DNA from: Chiloscyllium plagiosum | Lineage: Eukaryota | Assembly: GCF_004010195.1 (NCBI RefSeq) | Contig: NC_057756.1 | Span: forward strand, 10,177,289-10,224,356 | Reading direction: 5' to 3' | Length of the DNA: 47,068 nucleotides | Shown here: positions 1-9,000 of the stretch, piece by piece | Layout: each line of letters begins with the position of its first letter | How positions within the stretch are numbered: the first letter of the stretch is position 1 | Program-made: the position numbers and the translations under genes | Notes under the pieces: model-generated | What the model was told of the DNA's origin: nothing | What the model saw: the letters and a program-made list of their open reading frames with translations, nothing else | The model's database searches: none

Positions 1-312
1 GTGCCCATGGCTACCCCTTTGGTCTGGAGGAAGTGGGAGGATTCAAAGGAGAAATTGTTAAGGGTGAGGACCAGTTCGGCCAAATAAATGAGAGTGTACC
101 CGGTGGAAGGGTACTGTTGGGGACGTCTGGAGAGGAAAAAAATGGAGGGCTTGAGGCCCTGGTCATGGCGGATGGAGGTGTAGAGGGATTGGATATCCAT
201 GGTGAAGATGAGGCGTTGGGGGCCGGGGAAACGGAAGTCTTGGAGGAGGTGGAGGGCGTGGGTGGTGTCTCGAACGTATATGGGGAGTTCCTGGACTAGG
301 GGGGATAGGACA
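1..312 (-). mobile_element. Penelope-like element reverse transcriptase fragment (runs off window start)
   Basis: The minus frame is open and reads VLSPLVQELPIYVRDTTHAL...IFTMDIQSLYTSIRH...LVLTLNNFSFESSHFLQTKGVAMG, carrying the PLE RT motifs DxxSLYT and QxxGxAMG. Confidence 0.85.
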
Positions 313-556
313 AGCCAGCCCCAATCACAAATCTCCATTCAGTCTACCCAGCCCAGCCCATTCCAGCCCAGTCCCTCGTCCACTCTGACTGTCAATGAGA
401 GAAAACCTAATCACAGCCAAAACTCAAGCAGTGCCTTTCAATCAATGCTCTCACTCCATCGCAAACACCATAGCTTTCAGGAGGTGGAGGGCCCTAATGG
501 TCTGAAAGTGGCAATGACAGGGGCTCACAGTCAAGAGAGACCCTTGCATTTAAGTT

Positions 557-1402
557 TGAGAGAAAAAAAACTGCAGATGCTGGAATCCAAAGTAGACAAG
601 AAGGAGGTTGGAATGACACAGCAAGCCAGGCAGCATCAGGAGGGACAGGCAGGAGGCTGGGAGAACACAGCAAGTCAGGCAGCATCAGGAGGGACAGGCA
701 GGAGGTTGGGAGAACACAGCAAGTCAGGCAGTATCAGGAGGGACAGGCAGGAGGCTGGGAGAACACAGCAAGGCAGGCAGCGTCAGAAGGGACAGGCAGG
801 AGGCTGGGAGAACACAGCAAGCCAGGCAGCATCACGAGGGACAGGCAGGAGACTGGGAGAACACAGCAAGCCAGGCAGCATCAGGAGGGTCAGGCAGGAG
901 GCTGGAAGAACACAGCAAGGCAGGCAGCGTCAGAAGGGACAGGCAGGAGGCTGGGAGAACACAGCAAGCCAGGCAGCATCAGGAGGGACAGGCAGGAGAC
1001 TGGGAGAACACAGCAAGGCAGGCAGCATCAGGAGGGTCAGGAAGGAGGCTGGGAGAACACAGCAAGCCAGGCAGCATCAGGAGGGACAGGCAGGAGACTG
1101 GGAGAACACAGCAAGGCAGGCAGCGTCAGAAGGGACAGGCAGGAGGCTGGAATGACACAACAAGCCCGGCAGCGTCAGGAGGGACAGGCAGGAGGCTGGG
1201 AGAACACAGCAAGCCAGGCAACATCAGGAGGGACAGTCAGGAGGCTGGGAGAGCACAGCAAGCCAGGCAGCATCAGGAGGGACAGACAGGAGGCTGGAGG
1301 AACACAGCAAGCCAGGCAGCATCAGGAGGGACGGGCAGGAGGCCGGGAGAGCACAGTAAGCCAGGCAGCATCAAAAGGTGGAGAAGTCGCTGTTTCGGGT
1401 AG
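557..1402 (-). mobile_element. Penelope-like terminal-repeat derivative hosting a minisatellite
   Basis: Flanks ctgcagatgctggaa... and ...gagaagtcgctgtttcgggt resemble the element at 33421-33574 and the repeat following the GIY-YIG fragment at 25810-25880. Confidence 0.6.
595..1378. repeat. Minisatellite, 16 copies of a 49-bp unit (gacaggcaggaggctgggagaacacagcaagccaggcagcatcaggagg)
   Basis: Units start every 49 nt from 595 to 1330, with substitutions and no net length change. Confidence 0.95.
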
Positions 1403-1429
1403 CATTGAAAATATCCTCAAGCATGCAGT

Positions 1430-1790
1430 TGAGGAGGCAATGACCCACAATGATATAATTGCTGGACTATTAGTCCTGAGATGCAGATAATGCTCTGGGG
1501 ACCGGCGTTTGAATCCTGCCACATCAGATGGTGGAATTTGAATTCAATAAATATCTGGAATTAAAAAGTCTAATGATGACCATGAGTCCATTGTCGATTG
1601 TTGGAAAAACCCACCTGGTTCACTAACGTCCTTGAGGGAAGGAAACTGCCATTCTTACCTGGTCTGGCCTACACCCAGACCCACAGCAATGTGGTTGACT
1701 ATTAACTGCCTTCTGGACAATTAGAGATGGGCAATAAATGCTGGGCTAGCCAGTGACACCCTTATCCCATGAATGACTAAATTTTTAACA
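1430..1790 (+). mobile_element. tRNA-derived SINE, family B (tail shared with LINE family B)
   Basis: B-box-like gtttgaatcc, body gaaggaaactgcc...ccacagcaatgtggttgact, and tail gggcaataaatgctgg. Siblings at 7558, 21310 and 36545. Confidence 0.7.
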
Positions 1791-1850
1791 AAGCACTTCA
1801 CAGGGAACTGACCACAAATATTGAAAAAGAGCTACAGAAGGGAAAGGCAG

Positions 1851-2839
1851 CCTCAAAGATCGGTGCTGGATCCACTACTTTTTGTCATTTATATAGATGA
1901 TTTGGATGTGAGCATAAGAGGTACAGTTAGTAAGTTTGCAGATGACACCAAAATTGGAGGTGTAGTGAACAGCGAAGAAGGTTACCTCGGATTACAACAA
2001 GAGCTGGACCAGATGGACCAATGGGCTGAGGAGTGGCAGGTGGAATTTAATTTAGATAAATACAAGGTGCTGCATTTTGGGAAAGCAAATCTTAGCAGGA
2101 CTTATACACTTAATAGTAAGGTCCTAGGGAGTGTTTCTGAACAAAGAGACCTTGGTGTGCAGGTTCACAGCTCCTTAAAAGTAGAGTCCGCAAGTAGATA
2201 GGATAGTGAAGAAGGCGTTTGGTATGCTTTCCTTTATTGGTCAGAGTATTGAGTACAGGAGTTGGGAGGTCATGTTGCGGCTGTACAGGACATTGGTTAG
2301 GCCACTGTTGAAATATTGCGTACCATTCTGGTCTCCTTACTATCGGAAAGATATTGTGAAACTTGAAAGGGTTCAGAAAAGATTTACAAGGATGTTGCCA
2401 GGGTTGGAGGATTTGAGCTGTAGGGAGAGTTGAATAGGCAGGCGCTGTTTTCCCTGGAGCTTCGGAGGCTAAGAGGTGACCTTATAGAGGCTTATAAAAT
2501 CATGAGGGGCATGGACAGGGTAAATAGACAAGGTCTTTTCCTGGGGTCAGGGAGTCCAGAACTAGAGGGCATAGGTTTAGGGGAAAGATATAAAAGAGAG
2601 CTAAGGGGCAACTTTTTCACGCAGAGGGTGGTATGTGTATGGAATGAGCTGCCAGAGGAAGTGGTGGAGACTGGTACAATTGCAAAATTTAAAAGGCACC
2701 TGGATGGGTATATGAATAGGAAGAGTTTGGAGGGTTATGGGCCAGGTGCTGGCAGGTGGGACTAGTTTGGTTGGGATATTTGGTCGGCATGGACGAGTTG
2801 GACCGAAGGGTCTGTTTCCATGCTGTATATCTCTATGAC
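1851..2839 (+). mobile_element. CR1-type (HER1-like) LINE, 5'-truncated ORF2 remnant plus 3' tail
   Basis: Frameshifted ORFs containing LLFVIYIDDL, SKFADDTK, LVRPLLKYC and RRLRGDLIE; tail ends ctctatgac. Confidence 0.92.
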
Positions 2840-2872
2840 AGTAGGCTTTATTAAGCATCTTAAAGGCCTTAA

Positions 2873-3046
2873 TTTTAAAGGTGAAAGGCAGGAGGTTTGG
2901 AGGGAATTTGAGGAAATTTTATTTCATCCAGAGGGTAGTGAGTGTCTGGACTGCACTGTCTGGGAAAGTAGTTAAGGCAGGAAACTTCCCAATATTTAAA
3001 ACGTACTTGGATGAGCACTTGAAATGTTGTAATATTCAAGGATATG
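2873..3046 (+). mobile_element. CR1-type LINE 3' fragment (second subfamily)
   Basis: Reads GRRFGGNLRKFYFIQRVVSVW; similar copy at about 32926-33130. Confidence 0.7.
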
Positions 3047-3502
3047 AAAATGGATCTTCTGGAATACTGAGTTCAATCCTGGTTTCCCTGCTATAGGAAC
3101 TTGAAAGGGTTCAGAAAACATTTACATGGATGTTGCCAGGGCAGAAGGGTTTGAGCTATGGGGAGAGTTTGGATAGCCTGAGACTATTTTCCCTGAAGGT
3201 TTGGAGGCTGAGAGGTTTTTTAAAATCATGAGGGGCATGAATAGGATAAATAGACACGATATTTTCCCCAGGGTGGGGAGTGCAGAATCAGAGGGCATAG
3301 GTTTAGGGTGAGAGGGGAAAGATATAAAAGGGACTTAAGGAACAACTTTTTCATGCAGTGGTTGGTGCATGTGTGGAATGAGCTGCCAGAAGAAGTGGTG
3401 GAGGCTGGTATTATTACAACATTTAAAACGCATCTGGACGGGTACATGAACAGGAAGGGTTTAGAGGGATGTGGGCCAAATGGTGGAAAATGGGACTAGA
3501 TT

Positions 3503-3840
3503 CCATAGAATCCCTACAGTGTGGAAACAGGCCCTTTGGCCCAACAAGTCCACACTGACCCTCAGAAGAGTAACCCACCCAGACCCATTCCCCCTACCCT
3601 ATATATTCCCCTGACTAATGCACCTAACCTGCACATCCCTGAACATTATGGGCAATTTAGCACAGCCAATTCACCCAACCTGCACATCTTTGGACTGTGG
3701 GAGAAAACCTGAGCGCCTGGAGGAAACCCACACAGACATGTGGAGAATGTGCAAACTCCACACAGTCAGTGGCCCAAGGCTGGAACCGAACCCAGGGCCC
3801 TGCTGCTGTGAGGCAGCAGTGCTAACCACTGAACCATCCC
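3503..3840 (-). mobile_element. HE1-type tRNA-derived SINE
   Basis: Minus strand reads cagtggttagcactgctgcctcacagc...gggttcggttcc...gtgtggagtttgcacattctcc...cagtccaaagatgtgcaggtt, then a LINE-like tail ending gggattctatg. Confidence 0.88.
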
Positions 3841-3849
3841 AAAAACAAC

Positions 3850-3922
3850 TGCCTGAGCAGGGACATGAACCCTGGACACCCACATTAAAAGTCTGATGGT
3901 TTACTGACTGAGCTACCTGGGC
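3850..3922 (-). pseudogene. tRNA-Lys(TTT) pseudogene
   Basis: 73 nt, colinear with the vertebrate tRNA-Lys-UUU I recall, with anticodon loop CTTTTAA and about 12 substitutions. These include invariant G18>A and A58>T and breaks in the D, anticodon and acceptor stems. Followed by GTTGTTTTT; no CCA. Confidence 0.88.
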
Positions 3923-4239
3923 TCACCCTGAATTAATTTAGAATATCTGGTTGGCCTGGATGAGTTGGACTGAAGGGTCTGTTTCTTACTCTTTATCTCT
4001 ATGACCTGAATGTAGATTTGAAACAGTCATTTTTTGTCAGTACAGGCCAGATGGGCTAAATTACACACTCCTAAGTTGGAGTGATAGAAATATGCAAGAG
4101 CCTGAAATGGGAAGAGGGCATGCTGAGAACATAGGTTTGTAAGGCTGGAGGACTTTAGGGAGACAGAGGTTTTGGGAACAAATAAATGTTGTTTAAAAAT
4201 TGAGGTACTGCTGAATCAAGATCATTAAAGGTCAATGAG

Positions 4240-4458
4240 GGGCTTGGAGCCATAATTTGAGGAAGTTCCAGGATAGATGTTCAGATGTTATTCACCCTTG
4301 GCTCGAGAATTCAGAACTGGAGGAAGAGGTGAAAGTCGCAGTCTCAGGTTTAAGAGTGAGCCCATTTATGACCAAGAGGGGACAGAATTCTTTTTCGCAG
4401 GGAGAAGTGTGAATCTTTGGGATTCACTCCCTCAGAAGGCTGGGAAAACTCAGTCATT
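4240..4458 (+). mobile_element. Degenerate CR1-type LINE 3' fragment
   Basis: Reads EFFFAGRSVNLWDSLPQKA, matching the CR1 ORF2 C-terminal FFxQRVVNLWNSLP pattern seen in other copies. Confidence 0.65.
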
Positions 4459-4479
4459 CGGGAACAAGGTAACATGGGG

Positions 4480-4660
4480 CAAAAGCAGAAATTGCTGGAG
4501 AAACTCAGCAGGTCTGGCAGCATCAGAGGGGACAAAAGCAGAGTCTTCATCAGTCATTGGACTGAAAGCGATAACTTTCTTCACACAGATGCTGCCAGAC
4601 CTGCTGAGCTTCTCCAGAAATTTCTGCTTTTGTTCCAGAATCTCCAGCAGTTCTTGGTTT
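4480..4660. mobile_element. Penelope-derived inverted-repeat element (45-bp arms)
   Basis: 4480-4524 is the reverse complement of 4588-4632 at 43/45 positions; same family as 13585-13759. Confidence 0.75.
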
Positions 4661-4694
4661 CAGTTTAGATGCAGCATGTGAATCATAAAATCAC

Positions 4695-5240
4695 ACATAG
4701 CATCCTTCCTAACGTCGGGACGTCCCGAAGCATTTGCCAAACAATGGAGTTGTTTTGTGGATTAATCATCGTTCTAGTACAGAAAGATCCCACAGTCAGG
4801 AACACTAACTTCACAGATAAGGCATTGGACAGTAAACCAGGACACACTATCCGAGAAAAGATGGGGCCCTGGTTTAACAACACGTCCAGGGAGGGAGAGG
4901 CAGCAGTGCAGCACTCCCTCGGTACTATTAGTCCAGGGTCAGCCAAGAAATGTGTGCTGAAATCTCAGGAGGTACGATTACATTGAATGGCCAAGCAGCT
5001 ACAATGACACTAATCCAATCCGATTTTTATAGCGTCTATAAGGCAACGCCCAGCGATGTCACCAACTGGGGCCAAACACTCGGAACTTCCAGGAAACTGG
5101 AATCACACTGGCGCCAGGAGAGGATTAAGCTGCATTTCTATAGCACCTTTCAACATCTCAGGATGCCACAAAGCTTGGCACAGCCAAAGACATTTCTTTG
5201 CGAAGTGTACTTTCTGTGGTAATGTAGGAGAAGTAGCAAC
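4695..5240 (-). mobile_element. Two remnants of an old DeuSINE-type (SacSINE1-like) SINE
   Basis: Segments tgcatttctatagcacctttca...ggatgccacaaagc and gacgtcccgaagc...cagtgcagcactccctc resemble the reverse complement of 11660-12002. Family name is from recall. Confidence 0.5.
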
Positions 5241-5439
5241 ATACCACATCCTAGAATTTTTTAAGTGCTGTTGATTGAAGAATAAATATTTTCTCCACGA
5301 CATATGTAGAAACTTCCCATTTCATACTCCAAACTGGCCGAGGAATAAGTGAAACAAGCCTCATCGAACACTTTTTAACACTGCATTTCTAAGATGGTGC
5401 CAATTACAGTGCAGTGTTCCCTCAGCGGGTGCTGAAAGA

Positions 5440-5954
5440 TGTGATGACTGGTGAACACGCTCTGTACATAAATCGCTCTGAAACGAGCCTGTTTAACCAG
5501 AAACACTGAAATTTCAGCTCGGAATGTGGTGACCCGCATTTCACTACACCGCCCGCACTCAGCCTCCGTCCTCCCACCCCCTACTCCCTTCTCTTTGTAA
5601 GACATTGATAATCTTCCTTCGTTCGGTGGGGAACCTGCTTTCGGTTTCTGGGGGTGGGGGGGAGGAGAAATCGTGTCTGAGGAAGTGAGAGAGAGAGAGA
5701 GAGACAGCCCTTAAAGGGGGAGGAGTCTTTTCAACCGATACTGGGAAACGAAGGGTTTTTTTTATTGGGAAGTATCGAGGGTGCAGCTATACAGAGAAAA
5801 GGAACAGGCCACGTTTGGGGAAACTCGCGACAGAGAGATCGGAGGGTCGCAGCGATAGACAGATCAAGATCTTCGGAAGGACTGAGTGGATTTCGCTGGG
5901 AACTGCAGCTCTGCTGTCGTGTGAAATCTACCGACCTGTACATTTCCTTCAGCA
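5440..5954 (+). promoter_or_regulatory. Probable nectin promoter and 5' UTR
   Basis: Locally CpG-richer, with no recognisable TE, directly upstream of exon 1. Contains a GC box CCGCCC (5549-5554), an ISRE-like TTTCGGTTTC (5639-5648), an ETS core AGGAAGT (5680-5686) and a (GA)n tract. TSS cannot be determined. Confidence 0.6.
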
Positions 5955-6006
5955 ATGGCTACGTTGTATCTGATTCCCTTCGTCTTGTTACTTCAAACCT
6001 GGACTG
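5955..6006 (+). CDS. NECTIN2: Nectin exon 1, signal peptide MATLYLIPFVLLLQTWT
   Basis: ATG in good Kozak context (gcaATGG), with no other ATG for about 430 nt upstream. Hydrophobic 17 codons, then a phase-1 donor G|gtagga that joins exon 2 as ...QTWT-V-CDA|QNVKV, a plausible signal cleavage site. Too short for the ORF track. Confidence 0.8.
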
Positions 6007-9000
6007 GTAGGACTCGCAACATTAACTGTAGCACATTTAGATTTGACTTCCTAGGAAAAGTAACACGCTGTCCTAGCAGAAAAAAAGGCCTCTGTTTTAG
6101 GATCGCCATTATTTAGGTGTGGCTTGTTACAGGTGGGAGGTCTGTGTATGTTCTCTGTCCTTGGTGAATGATTTCAAATTGGGAAAGAGGGAATTAAATT
6201 TGAAATGTCTACACTTTGTCTTTCTGCCGAGATATGTCTCAGCAGAAGGCTCGTCTTAAACCAGTTGTAGTCAAATTCCTTGCTCCCTCTATGGTCACTG
6301 CTGAACTAGAGCTGTTTTTTTCTGGTGTAAAGTTACAGCGAACGGGTGAGCTCAGATTACCCAGAGGGAAGAACCCAGGTTTTCTTTTTCTATCTTCCCA
6401 TAATACATGAACATACACAACCAACTGAATTAATTTTAAAATTCAACTCCAACCCTCGCCATTTCAAAACAGAAGAGAAATAGTTTTTTTTAAGGAATTA
6501 GGCGTGTTCTCTTTTGTGTCTCAAGCGTTCCAGAGACAAAGGTATTTTTCTGGACGTGTAAAAGGGCGTGAACCTTTGAGAATATCTGATTTCCAAAGTG
6601 CACTTTTATCTGTCTCTTAGACCCTCCCTCCTTCGGGTAACTTAATTTTCACTGCAGGATTACACAATTCAAGGGAGTTTGTTTTTAAGGTTTTTGTTTT
6701 AACATGCAAGCCTTTGAATTGGCTGGTGATGTTTTGTATATTGCTTCTTTCAGTTTTTGAGAGAGAAAGAGAGCATATAGGAGACAATTGGAGGATTAGT
6801 TTGGTGGGTGTGTGTTTTGTGAAAAGTCTAGAGTCCTGACTGTGTTAGAACAGAAGGGAACCAGATCCTGGTGCAGTTGGGTGGAGCTGTTGTTGTCATT
6901 GGAGAGTAACTATGATAGAGGCATTATTATCAAATAAACACACCTACACCCAGTACCCCCACCCTCCCATTCTGCCGCCTTGTCTTGTCCGCTTGGGGTT
7001 TGAGACTCAAATTGGGGTTTGAGACTCTGCTCATTTTCCACCTCTGCTCACATCGCCATACTCTCCTGTGTTTGGTGAACCACATTGCCTCCTCTTTTCA
7101 TTTCTAAAAAAAAGTCCTCATCCTTGTTTTCAAATGCTTTCTTTGCTTCACCCGTCCCTGTCTTTGTAACCTCCTCCAGCTCCAGAACCTTCTCTGCTTC
7201 TGCATTCATTCAGCATTGGAAGGCATGGCTTTACCTCACTTGGGGTCCTGTGCTATGAACTTGCCTTCCTAATCCACCCCTGCCCTGGTTACGACACATT
7301 TTGCAACCACTGCCTTTGACTAAGCTCTAATGTCTTGGGCTCTATGTCAAATGGTTAGTGCCCTTGTGAGAAACGTTCCTGGGGAGGAGTTTATGCTCAA
7401 AACATCGCCTTTCCTGCTCCTTCAATGCTGCCTGATCAGCTGTGCTTTTCCAGCGCCACACAATTTTTTTTGAATCTGATCTCCAGCATTTCTCCCCCTT
7501 GTAAGAAACTAAGCCAAGCTAAAGGCACTGTATCAAGTTAGGTTGTTGCTTTACTTGTATTTGTTCATGGGATGTGGACATTTATTGGGGCCAGTGTTTA
7601 TTGCCCAGAGGGCAGTTAAAAATCAACACATTGCTGTGGATCTGGAGTCACATGTAGGACAGATCAATAAAGATGACAGTTTCCTTCCCTAAAGGACCCA
7701 GTTGAGTGTTTTTTTTTAATGAAGTTCAACATGGTTTGTTCATCATTAGGCTGTCATTTTAATCTAGGTTTTTAAACTGGATTCAGAATTAGCCACTACT
7801 GCTGGGATTCAAACCAACCCCCAGGAACATTAATCCTGGGATCCTGAATTGCCAGTCTAGTGACAATGTGACTATATCTGCCCCAGGATCCGATTAAATG
7901 AGTGCATCGGAGAGTCTTGCTGAGATTGTATCAGGAATATTGTGCACAGTTTTCATCTCTTTATTGAAGAAAGGATGCAGTGGAATTCAAAGCAGTTTGA
8001 TGCAGGCCTGTAATTAAGGGGTTAGTTCATAGGAAACAGGTCTAATGGTTTGTTTTTATTCACTTTTCCGGCTGGCCCCAGCATTTGTTGCCCCATCTCT
8101 AGGTGCCCTTGGCGAAGGTGGTGGTCAGCTGCTTTCTTGAACCGCTGCAGTTTGGGCCTATTCCCATTTGAAATTTTTGAAGAATGAGAGATGATCTCGT
8201 TGAAAAGTAAAATCCTGGGGCTGTTACTAGGATCATGTTTCCCGTTGTGGGAAAGTCTGCAATGAAGGGCCACAGTTCAAAGATTAGTAGCCTCCCGATC
8301 AAAGTGGAAGTGTGGAATAATTTCTTTCATGTTTGGATTCCTCTTCCCCAGTTAGCAGTAAAAGACGGGCCATTGATCATGTTTAAGCATGAGTTAGGTA
8401 GATTTCTTTTTTTTTAAATTGGTAGTTGAGGACAGAAAGTAATGTGGAATTAAAGCCACAATTGGATCAATATGACCTCTTTGAATGGCGATGCAGGGTC
8501 AAGGGGCATACCTCTATTTCTTGTGTTTCTCTATGTCGATACTTTAAGAAATGAGTCAACAGTTCTGAAAGATTACCAGATCTGGCATTGGGTTTAATAG
8601 CCTTTAATGGGGAAGAGAGGTTTTCAGTAGAGAGGATGCAAGTAGTAATAAAGGGAGGGGATAAAATGACTTAGTTCAATTCTGTGAACTCTGAATGAAT
8701 GGAAACTGGAGTTGGAGATTAACTTTGTTCAGTATCTAGTTTTCATGTCATAACCAGAATCATAGAATCTCTACAGTGTGGAAGCACACCATTCGGCCCA
8801 TTGAGTCCACACCAACTCTTGAAGAGTATCCGACCCAGACTCCCCTCCCCCTCCCCTACACTGTCCCTGTAACCAATGGCTAACCCATCTAGCCTGCACA
8901 TTTCTGGATATAATGGGGCAAATTAATCTGGTTAATCCATCTAACCTGCATATTTTTGGACTTTGGACATAGAGTTATTACCCATAATCCCTTTTCTCTC

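Larger units (their letters stand above)
3060..4005 (+). mobile_element. CR1-type LINE 3' fragment, interrupted at 3503-3931 by a SINE plus tRNA insert
   Basis: RGERYKRDLRNNFF...GKWD stop; the 3' tail resumes after 3931 (attaatttagaatatctgg...ctctatgac). Confidence 0.88.

Noticed and set aside
33..299. 88-aa plus-strand ORF
   Set aside because: It is the codon-aligned antisense shadow of the Penelope RT frame.
595..1378. CRISPR-like array
   Set aside because: Units are head-to-tail with no unique spacers, there are no cas genes, and the context is vertebrate.
199..1490. 318-aa and 112-aa repetitive ORFs as novel proteins
   Set aside because: They are translations of the 49-bp minisatellite (3 units = 49 codons); the N-terminal part is antisense to the Penelope RT.
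1821..2765. RT-like ORFs (also 21986-22574, 22959-23234, 23829-24311, 39376-39573) as functional genes
   Set aside because: They are truncated, frameshifted CR1 ORF2 remnants.
3850..3922. Functional tRNA-Lys gene
   Set aside because: Invariant A-box and B-box bases (G18, A58) are mutated and several stem pairs are broken.
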